Origin: a virus
Direction: 5' to 3' (one strand)
UHGV virus genome: UHGV-0206544
DNA: 45,414 nucleotides
The notes beneath the pieces are model-generated. The model did no database searches, was not told the DNA's origin, and saw only the letters and a program-made list of their open reading frames with translations. Position 1 is the first letter of the stretch, and every line of letters begins with the position of its first letter. Shown one piece after another: positions 36,068 through 45,414 of this stretch. Position numbers and translations under genes: made by a program.

Positions 36068-37602
36068 TGTTTGAACGCTGGAAAAAGAAAAAAGCTGAGC
36101 CTCCAAAGGAAGAGGCGAAACAGCCCATGTCGCTGGCTACTGCGCTGGCGATGATGAATGAGCAGGAACGCATCAAATCTGAAGGTGAAGTGCTTCGCAA
36201 GATTGAGCGATACACACCGCCGCCGGGAGTTATCCCTGAGCATATCGGTGATGCAGCTCTGGCGATGGACTCCACGCCGTACAGTTACCTAAATTCGGCC
36301 AATATCACAGCATATGGATACGGTGGCTTTCCCGGTTATCCATACCTGTCACAGCTCGCTCAGTTGCCGGAGTATCGCAAGATTACCGGCACGATAGCGG
36401 AAGAGATGACACGCAAGTGGATTGAGCTGAAGCACATCGGCAAAGATGACGGAGATGATAAGGCCGACAAGATTCGACAGCTTGATGATGCGTTAAGACG
36501 CTTTCAGGTGCGAGAAAAGTTCCGTGAAGCAGCAGAGCATGACGGTTATTTCGGACGCGGACAGATTTACATCGATGTGAAGACGCCAAGCGGTAACTCT
36601 GCCTGGCTGGTTCCTGACGAACTGGACAAGAAGCTCTACATCAGCCCACGCAAGATAACAAAAGGAAGTCTGAATGGTTTCCGCGTTATCGAGGCAATGT
36701 GGACATACCCGGGTGTGTATAACGCTGACAACCCACTCTGCCCTGACTTCTTCAACCCGGCTGAATGGTACGTCATGGGGCGCACAGTTCACGCCAGCCG
36801 CATGCTGACGATGATTTCCCGACAAGTGCCGGACATTCTCAAGGCGGCTTACAACTTCGGCGGCCTGTCTCTTAGCCAGATGGCAGAACCATACGTGCAG
36901 AACTGGCTGAGAACGCGTGACAGCGTGAGCGACCTGGTTCATTCGTTTGTGGTGTACGGTCTGAAGACGAACATGCAAAACGCGCTGTCCGGAGTTGCAG
37001 ACCCCAACCTGTTCATGCGTGCTGAGTTCTTCAATAAGGTCCGCGACAACCGTGGAATGTTCATGGTTGATAAGGAATCTGAAGAGTTCTTCCAGTTCGT
37101 GACAAGTTTGTCCGGTGTCGATGCTCTTCAGGCGCAAGCACAAGAGCAGATGGCCTCGGTATCAAGCATTCCTCTGGTTAAGTTGCTCGGCATCACTCCA
37201 AACGGGCTAAACGCTTCATCTGATGGTGAGATTCGCGTCTTCTACGACTCAATTCACGCCATGCAGGAGAATCTATTCAGGAGCCCACTGAAAACCGTGC
37301 TGGATGTAATCCAGTTAAACGAATTCGGCGAGATTGACCCTGACATAGATTTCGAGTTCCTGCCGCTGTACGAGCTTACAGAAGCTGAGAAAGCCGAGGT
37401 AATGAAGCATCAGTCTGAGGCTGACAAGAACTATGCCGAAGCCGGAGTATTCGACCTCGACGCAATCAGAAGTATGCGCCAGTCCGACAAGGCCAGCCCA
37501 TACCACATGATGGAATCTGAAGATGACGAAGAAGAGTACGAAAACGAGTCCATCAAAGAAGGATTCGAAGACCCAGACAACCCTTCGTCCAGTCAGGGCT
37601 AA
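36067..37602 (+). CDS. portal protein
   Basis: 511 aa directly after TerL with an acidic C-terminus. Confidence 0.75.
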   Translation: MFERWKKKKAEPPKEEAKQPMSLATALAMMNEQERIKSEGEVLRKIERYTPPPGVIPEHIGDAALAMDSTPYSYLNSANITAYGYGGFPGYPYLSQLAQLPEYRKITGTIAEEMTRKWIELKHIGKDDGDDKADKIRQLDDALRRFQVREKFREAAEHDGYFGRGQIYIDVKTPSGNSAWLVPDELDKKLYISPRKITKGSLNGFRVIEAMWTYPGVYNADNPLCPDFFNPAEWYVMGRTVHASRMLTMISRQVPDILKAAYNFGGLSLSQMAEPYVQNWLRTRDSVSDLVHSFVVYGLKTNMQNALSGVADPNLFMRAEFFNKVRDNRGMFMVDKESEEFFQFVTSLSGVDALQAQAQEQMASVSSIPLVKLLGITPNGLNASSDGEIRVFYDSIHAMQENLFRSPLKTVLDVIQLNEFGEIDPDIDFEFLPLYELTEAEKAEVMKHQSEADKNYAEAGVFDLDAIRSMRQSDKASPYHMMESEDDEEEYENESIKEGFEDPDNPSSSQG

Positions 37603-38341
37603 CGCAGGAGTTCACGAATGGTATCGTGCTGAGCTTCTCAAGCTGGTACGGGAGATGAACAAGTCTTACCGGTACTGGCTTGAGGCATGCTACAAAGACA
37701 GCATGGCGATGGATGCCAGTCCGGCAAATGAGTTGAAACGCAGGCTGGCTAAACTTGGTAAACAGTGGGAAGGAAAGTTCAACGAACTTGCGAAGAAACT
37801 GGCAGATCGCTTCGTCGATAAAACACTACGCAACACTGATGTTTCATTGCACTCTGCGCTAAAGGCTGGCGGCTTCACTGTTAAGTTCACGATGAACGAT
37901 GAGCTTAAAAACGCGATGCAGGCAGTCATTAATGAGAACGTAAATCTTATCAAGTCGATACCAGAGCACTACCATACTCAGGTGGAGACGATGGTCATGC
38001 AGTCTGTCAGTCGGGGCCGTGACCTTGGCTATCTCACTGATGAACTGGTTAAGCGTTACGGCATCACACGCAGACGCGCGGAGACCATCGCTCGTGACCA
38101 GAACAACAAGGCTACGGCGGTAATTCAGTCTGAGCGACAGAAGAAGTTAGGCATCACCAAAGGCATCTGGCGACACTCTCACGCCGGGAAGCAACCAAGG
38201 CCATCCCACGTTAAAGCAGACGGAAAAGAGTTCGACCTCGATAAGGGGCTGTATCTCGATGGTGAATGGGTTCTGCCGGGAGAGGCTATCAACTGTCGCT
38301 GCACATGGTCTCCGATCATACCAGGGCTGGAGAAAAAATGA
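37523..38341 (+). CDS. head morphogenesis protein (Mu F / SPP1 gp7-like); start uncertain
   Basis: Position after portal. The ORF overlaps the portal 3' end by 80 nt. Confidence 0.6.
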   Translation: MTKKSTKTSPSKKDSKTQTTLRPVRANAGVHEWYRAELLKLVREMNKSYRYWLEACYKDSMAMDASPANELKRRLAKLGKQWEGKFNELAKKLADRFVDKTLRNTDVSLHSALKAGGFTVKFTMNDELKNAMQAVINENVNLIKSIPEHYHTQVETMVMQSVSRGRDLGYLTDELVKRYGITRRRAETIARDQNNKATAVIQSERQKKLGITKGIWRHSHAGKQPRPSHVKADGKEFDLDKGLYLDGEWVLPGEAINCRCTWSPIIPGLEKK

Positions 38342-38459
38342 TAACTGTCTATTGGTGTCCATGCTGTGGGAAGATTAAGGAGTACACATACCTTACCCCG
38401 CTATCATATTTTCCACGATGCTGCCATTCATCGATAATGATAAGAAAGGTCTAGTTGAT

Positions 38460-38561
38460 ATGATTGAAGTGTTCAAGGCTCTAGGCCTGACATTGATATT
38501 TGGCGGCCTAATTATAGCCGTGCTGACAATAACGTCTCTGAAGAAAAACAACGGTCGCTGA
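38460..38561 (+). CDS. 33-aa hydrophobic peptide with basic C-terminus
   Basis: MIEVFKALGLTLIFGGLIIAVLTITSLKKNNGR, followed by a terminator. Confidence 0.25.
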   Translation: MIEVFKALGLTLIFGGLIIAVLTITSLKKNNGR

Positions 38562-38577
38562 GGCGGCCTTTTTTATT
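38553..38577 (+). terminator. rho-independent terminator
   Basis: GGTCGC-TGAG-GCGGCC followed by TTTTTTATT. Confidence 0.5.
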
Positions 38578-38598
38578 GCCTGAAGAAAGGTAAATGCA

Positions 38599-38793
38599 GT
38601 GGAAGAATTGCGCATCCTTGCCTTGTTGATGTTCCTATGCGGACTAGTGATTGGGTTTGTTTTTGGAATTATGTGCAAGCCCAATCGAGAAGAGCATGAA
38701 TATAAGCCCATCGCTCCATTAAGGCGGTTATCAGGATATCAGCCACTAAGAAGTTCTCTTACGAAAGAAAATCCTCCTCCCAAAAATAGATAA
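38599..38793 (+). CDS. small membrane protein
   Basis: 64 aa with an N-terminal TM. Confidence 0.3.
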   Translation: MEELRILALLMFLCGLVIGFVFGIMCKPNREEHEYKPIAPLRRLSGYQPLRSSLTKENPPPKNR

Positions 38794-38803
38794 AGGTAAA
38801 CCC

Positions 38804-38986
38804 ATGAAGAACATTGATGTTGTTTTTGAGCGTCAAGGCGATTGCTCATACACAATAGTTAATGCGGGACATTTAATTGCCATGGTTGAGCAGGTTGGCG
38901 CGAATAAAACGATTTCAATTTACGGAAGAGGAAATGTACGACAACTGAAAGCTATTGCCCGTAAAGACCACAAAGCAAACCAATAG
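38804..38986 (+). CDS. hypothetical protein
   Basis: 60 aa. Confidence 0.3.
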   Translation: MKNIDVVFERQGDCSYTIVNAGHLIAMVEQVGANKTISIYGRGNVRQLKAIARKDHKANQ

Positions 38987-38994
38987 GTAAATCC

Positions 38995-40299
38995 ATGCCC
39001 GTACGAAAAGTTGACGGCGGCTGGCAATGGGGAAATCACGGTAAGGTTTATCCAACCAAAGAAGAGGCAGAAGAGCAGGGGCAAGCGGCTTACGCTAATG
39101 GCTATGCCGATGACTCCGCTTTGGCATTCGACAGGGCAACGGTGCGATCCTTTGACAAAGATGGTCGTCTGCACATCGAATTGACGCCAATCAGCAAGGC
39201 TAACATCTGCCCCTACTATGGCCGTGAAATACCCAACTCCAGATCGCTAGGCCTACAGCCTGACAAAGTTTACTACTTGCTTCGCGACCCGAAAGAGTTA
39301 GCCAAAGCAGCATCAACATTCAACAACATCCCGCTACTTAACGAACACATCCCGGTAACCGCCGCAGACCCTCAGAAGATGGCTGTGGTTGGTTCTACCG
39401 GTACTGATGCTGAGTTTGACGGGACTTACCTCAAAAACTCTCTTGTCGTTTGGGATGCAGATTCTATCGCTGGAATTGAGACGGACGAGAAGAAAGAGCT
39501 TTCGTCGGCTTACAGATATGTAGCTGACATGACCCCCGGCGTGCATGAAGGCCAGACATACGATGGCGTAATGCGCGATATCGTCGGGAACCACGTTGCT
39601 CTTGTAATAGAGGGCAGAGCCGGATCCGACGTCGTTGTCGGGGATTCAATACCTACAGGAATGAAATCAATGTCAGAACTTACCAAAAAGTTGATGGAAA
39701 TTATCACGCCCATGCTGGCAAGTGATGAGAAGCCAGAAGACGTGGAAAAGAAAGTACAAAAGGTTGTCGAGGACGAAGCCACGCAGGCAGAGAAAGACAA
39801 CGAATCAGAGGCCGAACGTCTGAAACGCGAAGAGAAAGAACTCAAAGAGCGTGAAGAGCGTGAACGTAAAGACCGTGATCGCGACCGCAAAGAAGCGGAA
39901 GACGAAGATGATGACGGCAAAGAGAAAAAGAAAGCCGAAGATGAAGATGATGAAGAGGACAAAGCAGCTATGGATGCCGCGTTAATCCGCAAAGCTGAAG
40001 AAAATGTGATGGGTCGAATCCGTCAGGCCAATGAAGCGCGTGAATGTGTTCGCTCTCTGGTAGGCGACGTGAGTCTGGTCGCAATGGATTCAGCAGAGTC
40101 TATTTATCGATTCGCTCTTGATTCCATCGGCGCAGACCATAAAGGCGTCCATCCTTCAGCACTGAAATCGATGGTTGAGTTTGCCATCAACCAGAAATCA
40201 GAGGTTCGCAAGCCAACCAATGTCATCGGCATGGATTCAGCGGCAACCAATTCCTTCGCTAAGGCATTCCCTGGCGCAACCAAAATGAAACGGAGCTAA
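38995..40299 (+). CDS. prohead protease/scaffold protein (DUF2213-like) with a highly charged E/K/D/R low-complexity segment
   Basis: 434 aa. Lies between the portal/F genes and the capsid gene. Contains a coiled-coil charged block [28 protein letters not shown]. Confidence 0.55.
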   Translation: MPVRKVDGGWQWGNHGKVYPTKEEAEEQGQAAYANGYADDSALAFDRATVRSFDKDGRLHIELTPISKANICPYYGREIPNSRSLGLQPDKVYYLLRDPKELAKAASTFNNIPLLNEHIPVTAADPQKMAVVGSTGTDAEFDGTYLKNSLVVWDADSIAGIETDEKKELSSAYRYVADMTPGVHEGQTYDGVMRDIVGNHVALVIEGRAGSDVVVGDSIPTGMKSMSELTKKLMEIITPMLASDEKPEDVEKKVQKVVEDEATQAEKDNESEAERLKREEKELKEREERERKDRDRDRKEAEDEDDDGKEKKKAEDEDDEEDKAAMDAALIRKAEENVMGRIRQANEARECVRSLVGDVSLVAMDSAESIYRFALDSIGADHKGVHPSALKSMVEFAINQKSEVRKPTNVIGMDSAATNSFAKAFPGATKMKRS

Positions 40300-40302
40300 G
40301 CA

Positions 40303-40782
40303 ATGAGCGACTTTCAAAATCAAATTAATCAGCAGCAGGCACCGGGTGTTGAAGGTGATTTCGCGTCTGCTAACCCGAAAGCAAGTTTGCTGGCGGGTGA
40401 AGGTGCTCTGGTAGCTGGCACCAATGGTGTGATCGTCGGTCGATTCGGTTGGGTAACCAACGGCGTTGTCGACAATACCGGTACTGGTGTTCCGGCTGGC
40501 TTCGTTCATCGCGAAGGACAGGCGTCGATTACCACCTGGCTGGCTGAAGCATCAATGACGGTTCAGCCTGGCTTCCAGATGACCCTGATGACTGCTGGCG
40601 ACTTCTGGGTAAAAACCGCAGGCGTTGCAACTGTTGGTCAGAAAATCTTCGCCAAACTGTCAGATGGTTCCATTACCACTGGCGCAGCCGGTGCAACGAT
40701 TTCCGGTTATGTAGAAACCAAATTTGTTGTTGGTAGCGCTGGCGCTGCTGGCGAACTGATTCAGATGGGCACCTGGAGCTAA
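40303..40782 (+). CDS. head protein (DUF2190-like), Gly/Ala/Thr-rich
   Basis: 159 aa immediately upstream of the major capsid gene. Confidence 0.45.
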   Translation: MSDFQNQINQQQAPGVEGDFASANPKASLLAGEGALVAGTNGVIVGRFGWVTNGVVDNTGTGVPAGFVHREGQASITTWLAEASMTVQPGFQMTLMTAGDFWVKTAGVATVGQKIFAKLSDGSITTGAAGATISGYVETKFVVGSAGAAGELIQMGTWS

Positions 40783-40785
40783 TCA

Positions 40786-41826
40786 ATGAATAACGCAGAA
40801 TTTTTACAACACAAAGCGATGGCTGAACGGGATTACGGTGTAATCCTTCCGGAAGCCAAAGCCTATCTGACTGACGCGGAAGCGCGTAGCTATTCCTACG
40901 CAATGGATGCCCAGCCAACGCTGGTTACTGCCAGTAACTCCGGTATTCCGTGGTATTTCACAAACTACGTCGATCCTGAACTGATTCGCATCCTGGTTAC
41001 CCCGATGAAAGCGGTGGAAATCATGGGCGAAACCAAGAAAGGTGACTGGACCACCATGACCGCGCAATTCCCGGTCGTAGAATCCACTGGTCAGGTCTCC
41101 AGCTACGGCGACTACAACAACAACGGTCAGGTAAGCGCGAACGTAAACTGGGTTGCTCGTGAATCCTACCTGTACCAGACCATCACTCAGTGGGGTGAAC
41201 TGGAACTGGACCGTTACGGCGAAGGTCGTATCGCATGGGCGCAACAGTTGAACACCGCTTCAGCTCTGACCCTGAACAAGTTTCAGAACAAGTCATACTT
41301 CTTCGGTGTTGCAGGTCTTAAGAACTATGGATTGCTGAATGACCCTAACCTTCCGGCGTCAATCACCCCGGGGGCAACTGGTACTGGTGGCGGCACCACA
41401 TGGGCAACCAAAGATGGCCAGGCTGTGTATGACGATATTCAGGCGCTGTACACGCAACTCATCACTCAGACCAAGGGTTATGTTGAACGCGATAGCAAAA
41501 TGACGCTGGCGATGTCTCCAGAGTCTGAAGCTAACCTGACTAAAACGAACATGTACAACGTGAACGTGTCAGATCAGCTGAAGAAAAACTTCCCTAATCT
41601 TCGCGTTGTTACTGCTGTTGAGTACAACACCGCATCCGGTCAGCTTGTTCAGCTTATTGCTGACGATCTGGATGGTCAAGACACTGGCTACTGTGCATTC
41701 ACTGAAAAAATGCGTGCGCATCCAGTGGTTGTAGACCTGTCAGCGTACAAACAAAAGAAAACCGGTGGCACCTGGGGCGCGATCATTCGTCAGCCTCTGG
41801 CAATTGCAAGCATGTTAGGAGTTTAA
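40786..41826 (+). CDS. major capsid protein
   Basis: 346 aa following the scaffold and decoration-like genes. Confidence 0.7.
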   Translation: MNNAEFLQHKAMAERDYGVILPEAKAYLTDAEARSYSYAMDAQPTLVTASNSGIPWYFTNYVDPELIRILVTPMKAVEIMGETKKGDWTTMTAQFPVVESTGQVSSYGDYNNNGQVSANVNWVARESYLYQTITQWGELELDRYGEGRIAWAQQLNTASALTLNKFQNKSYFFGVAGLKNYGLLNDPNLPASITPGATGTGGGTTWATKDGQAVYDDIQALYTQLITQTKGYVERDSKMTLAMSPESEANLTKTNMYNVNVSDQLKKNFPNLRVVTAVEYNTASGQLVQLIADDLDGQDTGYCAFTEKMRAHPVVVDLSAYKQKKTGGTWGAIIRQPLAIASMLGV

Positions 41827-41829
41827 TTC

Positions 41830-42177
41830 ATGGCAGAAATGGTAAGTGTTGGCTGCAAATTGCCAAACGGCCTTCAGGTCACTATTGATGGCGTAACTGT
41901 AATCCTGAAAGGGGCGGCTAGTACCGCCCTCCGTCAGCTTGATGGAGCAATTCCTGAAGGTGCTTTCGGTGTCACTCAGGTTGAAAAAGAATTCATGGAC
42001 AAATTCATGAAGATGTATCAGGACGCACCCTACATCCAGAACAATGCCATCTTTATTCAGAAAGACGAACGCAGCGTGAAGGCTCAGGGTAAAGAACTGG
42101 AAAAAGCCAAAACTGGCCTTGAAGGTCTTGATCCGGAAAAACCGGCTCCTGGCGTTAAAAAGGCTGACACCAAATAG
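41830..42177 (+). CDS. head-associated protein
   Basis: 115 aa. Confidence 0.35.
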   Translation: MAEMVSVGCKLPNGLQVTIDGVTVILKGAASTALRQLDGAIPEGAFGVTQVEKEFMDKFMKMYQDAPYIQNNAIFIQKDERSVKAQGKELEKAKTGLEGLDPEKPAPGVKKADTK

Positions 42178-42189
42178 CGGGAGTTGTGA

Positions 42190-42621
42190 ATGGGCGTCGT
42201 AATATTTGACCCCGTCGCATTTAAGCTACGCTACCCTGAATTCTCATCTGTCGACAACGCACTCCTTCAGCAGTATTTCACGCAGGCAACCATCTATCTC
42301 GATAACACCGACTTTAGTCGCGTGTCGGATTTGGCTGTCCGCGCAATGCTGCTGAATATGCTGGTTGCCCATATCGCCTTTCTGTATTCGGGCGCCAATG
42401 GACAGTCTCCATCAGGATTGGTTGGTCGAATTGACAGTGCTTCAGAGGGTTCAGTTAGCGTTCATGCGGATATGCCAGGGGTAACAGCAAACTCAGCATG
42501 GTACATGCAAACAAAGTATGGCGCTGATTACTGGAATGCTACGGCACCATTCCGCACCTTCCAGTATATAAGCGGCCACTCCCCATCCAACTATCCGTAC
42601 GGATATTACCGGAGGTACTGA
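42190..42621 (+). CDS. head-tail connector protein
   Basis: 143 aa, ATGA-coupled. Confidence 0.4.
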   Translation: MGVVIFDPVAFKLRYPEFSSVDNALLQQYFTQATIYLDNTDFSRVSDLAVRAMLLNMLVAHIAFLYSGANGQSPSGLVGRIDSASEGSVSVHADMPGVTANSAWYMQTKYGADYWNATAPFRTFQYISGHSPSNYPYGYYRRY

Positions 42622-43067
42622 TGGATGAGGTAATGGACGCTCTGGATAAAGCAGCAAACTCGTTTGAAAACCTGCAACTAAAAGTTGGATTCCTTGAAGG
42701 TGCAACATATCCGGACGGGACACCAGTCCCTATGGTTGCTGCAACGAACGAATTCGGAAACCCGGCAAACAATCAACCTCCAAGACCATTCTTCAGAAAT
42801 GCGATTGCAAGCCATGAATCTGAATGGCAGGAATCGACAGCAAAACTGATTGAAAATGGTGGCGAGATAAGAGATGTCCTTTCGTTGCTTGGTGAAATCA
42901 TCGTTGATGACATCAAAGAGTCGATTCGCACCCTTGATTCTCCTCCATTATCTCCTGTGACGATTGCAAGAAAGGGGTTTGATAAGCCGCTGATTGACAC
43001 GTCTAACATGTTAAACAGCGTTAGTTATGAGGTGGGTGAAATTGAATCTTCGACAGATAGCCAATAA
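42621..43067 (+). CDS. head-tail joining protein
   Basis: 148 aa. Confidence 0.35.
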   Translation: MDEVMDALDKAANSFENLQLKVGFLEGATYPDGTPVPMVAATNEFGNPANNQPPRPFFRNAIASHESEWQESTAKLIENGGEIRDVLSLLGEIIVDDIKESIRTLDSPPLSPVTIARKGFDKPLIDTSNMLNSVSYEVGEIESSTDSQ

Positions 43068-43413
43068 CGCGATCACCAGCATTAATCCAAACATCTCAGC
43101 AATCCTGAAGAAGTACGCCGGTGAAACCATCGGTCCCGGTCGCAAGCCGGCTCCGTATTACCTTCCTGACCAGAACGTCACCATTCAACTACAGCCAATC
43201 AGCCGCGGCGATATGCAGCACGTAGACGGACTGAACATCCAGGGGCTGGCGAAGGTGATTTACGTCAATGGCAACTATTTCAGCGTCCAGCGCGAGATGG
43301 AGCAGGGCGGCGATATCTTCGTGATTAACGGTGAGCAATGGCTTGTCGTCGAACCGGTAGAGTTGTGGGATTCATGGTGTCGTCTGATTGCTGTATTGCA
43401 GGTGAGCACATGA
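43027..43413 (+). CDS. neck/tail completion protein
   Basis: 128 aa. Confidence 0.35.
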   Translation: MRWVKLNLRQIANNAITSINPNISAILKKYAGETIGPGRKPAPYYLPDQNVTIQLQPISRGDMQHVDGLNIQGLAKVIYVNGNYFSVQREMEQGGDIFVINGEQWLVVEPVELWDSWCRLIAVLQVST

Positions 43414-43919
43414 ATGACCTCACCGTAGATGATGTTATCGATGTCCTGGCTGATTACATCGAGCCTATATGCGGAACATGCCAGCAAGCGCAGGCTAACC
43501 GTGTACCGATGCCTAAAGGACAGTTCTGCATCCTGACCCCTTTGCGATTCATTCGGCTATCCACGACGAGAGACATCAAGCAGGACACAGGCTCTCCGTC
43601 GACAAGTGCGATGGGATATACCGAGGTTCGCCAGGCCGATATTCAGGTGGATATCTATGGTCAGGGTGCAGGGGATCGAGCCATCGCTCTCGAAACCACA
43701 TTCACCAGTAGCTACGCCTACGACAAAATCAAAGCTATCGAGCCGCGATTAGCGCCGCTCTACTCATCTCCAGCCATTCAAGCGCCGATGATTGACGCTG
43801 AGAGTCAATGGCAGGAACGCTACACAATTACGCTATCCCTACAGGCTCACATTACCGTGTCGTTCCCACAGGATTACTTCGACAAGGCCGAAATCACTTT
43901 ACAACAGGTAGATATATGA
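43410..43919 (+). CDS. tail terminator/neck protein
   Basis: Start at ATGA overlapping the upstream stop. 169 aa. Confidence 0.35.
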   Translation: MNDLTVDDVIDVLADYIEPICGTCQQAQANRVPMPKGQFCILTPLRFIRLSTTRDIKQDTGSPSTSAMGYTEVRQADIQVDIYGQGAGDRAIALETTFTSSYAYDKIKAIEPRLAPLYSSPAIQAPMIDAESQWQERYTITLSLQAHITVSFPQDYFDKAEITLQQVDI

Positions 43920-45403
43920 CCATTCCATTATCAACGGATTTTAATATCACGCCCAATGTCGTTACGCCTGCCGGTTCTGCGGTTGATGCTAACGGCCTGA
44001 TGCTGACCGATAACGAGCTTATACCGGTCGGCGCGGTGCAATCTTATTTCTCATCTGCCGATGTCTCTGCTCTGATGGGCAGTGAATCGAAAGAGTTCCT
44101 TGCCGCTCAGCAGTATTTCAACGGCTACGAAAACTCATCTGTTATTCCTGGTGAGTTGCTGATGTACCGCATCGTTACTGCTGACGTAGCCGGGTATTTG
44201 CTGTCCGGTAATCTGAAAGGTGTTGCACTTGCAACTCTGAAAGCTATTCCTGCAGGCACTATCACACTGTCTGTTGATGGCGTATCGACTACCAGCGCAT
44301 CGATTGACCTATCCACAGCAACAAGCTTCTCTGATATCGCTGACAAACTGGAAACAGGAATCGGAGCAAGCAAGGTATCCGTAGAATGGTTGCCAATTGC
44401 TAACCGCTTCATCATTCGCTCAGCGACTACCGGCGCAGACAGCGAGGTTTCTTTCGCGTCAGATGGTGTTCTTGCTACCGGACTGCTGTTAACAGCCGCA
44501 ACAGCTGCAACTGTTTCACCTGGCTCTGATGCTGTCACCCTGACCGATACGATGAATAACATCATCAACACCAACCAGAACTGGATTTTGTTTAACTCGC
44601 TTGTTGAGTTAACCGATGATCAGAAAGGTGAGTTGTGTGCGTGGGCGAACAGCAGCAAAAACCGCTATGGGTATGTTGTGCATGACACTACTCAGGCCGG
44701 AACGATTGCCAATAATGCAAACTGTTTCGTTCAGCAGGTAGTTGTGGCTAACGGATACGAGAACATCTTCCCGGTGTACGGCACATATCTGTACAGCGTA
44801 ACAGCGCTGGCCTATGCCGCATCAATTGACTTTGCTCGAACTAACGGGCGCATTTCGTTCAAGTTCCGTGGATTCTCAGGCTTAGCTCCTAACGTGAGCG
44901 ACCTTGCAACTGCACAAGCTCTGAAGTCTAACGGTTATAACTTCTACGGCTCCTATAGCCTGAATAAAACAATGGCGCAGTATGCGTCTGATGGTGCGAT
45001 TACGGGTAAGTTTGTCTGGCTTGATAGCTTCATCGACCAGGTGTGGATTAACGCCAATCTGGTAGGGGCATTTGCCAACCTGTTCACCAATAACCAGTCA
45101 TATCCGTTCAATGCAACTGGCTATGGTGCAGTATCTGCTGCCGTGATTGATGTTGCCGAGCAAGCTCTAAACTTCGGAGCAATTCAGCGCGGAGTAACTC
45201 TGGACAACGCTCAAATCCGCATTGTGAACAACACGGTAGGCAAAGATATCTCTGCGACGCTGTACTCTCAGGGGTGGTTCTTGTACATCCCGACTCAACC
45301 AGGTTCGGCTCGTATCGAGCGCGATCTGCAGGGTGTCATTTTCTATTATGTTGATGGACAACTTATCCAGTCCATTACAATGTCCTCAACCGCTATTTTA
45401 TAA
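43916..45403 (+). CDS. tail sheath-like protein (DUF3383-like)
   Basis: 495 aa from the ATGA overlap. Large protein that precedes the tube gene when the sequence is circularised. Confidence 0.5.
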   Translation: MTIPLSTDFNITPNVVTPAGSAVDANGLMLTDNELIPVGAVQSYFSSADVSALMGSESKEFLAAQQYFNGYENSSVIPGELLMYRIVTADVAGYLLSGNLKGVALATLKAIPAGTITLSVDGVSTTSASIDLSTATSFSDIADKLETGIGASKVSVEWLPIANRFIIRSATTGADSEVSFASDGVLATGLLLTAATAATVSPGSDAVTLTDTMNNIINTNQNWILFNSLVELTDDQKGELCAWANSSKNRYGYVVHDTTQAGTIANNANCFVQQVVVANGYENIFPVYGTYLYSVTALAYAASIDFARTNGRISFKFRGFSGLAPNVSDLATAQALKSNGYNFYGSYSLNKTMAQYASDGAITGKFVWLDSFIDQVWINANLVGAFANLFTNNQSYPFNATGYGAVSAAVIDVAEQALNFGAIQRGVTLDNAQIRIVNNTVGKDISATLYSQGWFLYIPTQPGSARIERDLQGVIFYYVDGQLIQSITMSSTAIL

Positions 45404-45414
45404 GGGAATAAACC

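Noticed and set aside
1-45414. CRISPR arrays, IS elements/transposases, retron or DGR reverse transcriptases, toxin-antitoxin pairs
   Set aside because: No direct-repeat/spacer arrays, no DDE/transposase or RT motifs, and no recognisable TA pair were seen by eye. The only tandem repeats are the ori iterons and the charged low-complexity tract in the scaffold gene.

Overview
The window reads as one complete temperate tailed-phage genome of about 45.4 kb, in attP (circular or virion) arrangement, not an integrated prophage with host flanks. The last 11 nt of the window (AAGGGAATAAACC) form a ribosome-binding site for the ATG at position 1. The tail-sheath-like gene at the right end (43916..45403) therefore runs straight into the tail-tube-like gene at 1..435 when the sequence is circularised.

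Gene order on the + strand:
- Tail module: tube, a tail assembly chaperone pair with a textbook -1 slippery site, a tape measure protein carrying a lytic transglycosylase domain, a small membrane moron, baseplate genes, an AT-rich tail fibre plus tail fibre assembly protein.
- Accessory cassette: an AT-rich NeuD-family hexapeptide acetyltransferase, then a naturally truncated UmuD' (P1 HumD-like) gene whose promoter carries a perfect LexA box.
- A 45-nt 3' fragment of tRNA-Arg(UCU), read as the attP core, next to a minus-strand tyrosine integrase and excisionase.

Minus-strand early-left operon: an N-like antiterminator with a boxA, small genes including a cIII-like ORF the ORF track missed, a Rad52/Sak-like annealing protein, SSB, and Ea22-like genes.

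Immunity region: a cI repressor (HTH plus S24 peptidase) and cro flank operators that share the motif TAATAGCAAtGC (oL and oR). Between cI and oL, in the position lambda uses for rexAB, sits a terminator-bounded two-gene cassette: a 324-aa P63C-like protein and a BamE/SmpA-OmlA-like lipoprotein. I rank this as the best candidate for an uncharacterised superinfection-exclusion or abortive-infection system. It may be SOS-tunable.

Rightward operon: a cII-like gene, an O-like initiator with internal iterons (ori), a DnaB-family helicase, nin-region genes (Lar, NinB, DUF1364, RusA, an HNH endonuclease, NinH), and a Q-like protein with pR' and tR'. An anomalous 113-nt tRNA-like element follows tR'. 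After it come the lysis cassette (endolysin of the T4 lysozyme/GH24 family, an overlapping Rz/Rz1 spanin pair and three membrane proteins), an HExxH metallopeptidase, TerS, TerL, portal, a Mu F-like protein, a cluster of tiny moron ORFs, a DUF2213 scaffold/protease, DUF2190, major capsid, connector genes and the sheath.

All functional calls rest on motif-level reading without database searches; several gene starts were moved to internal initiators with better RBS or overlap context.
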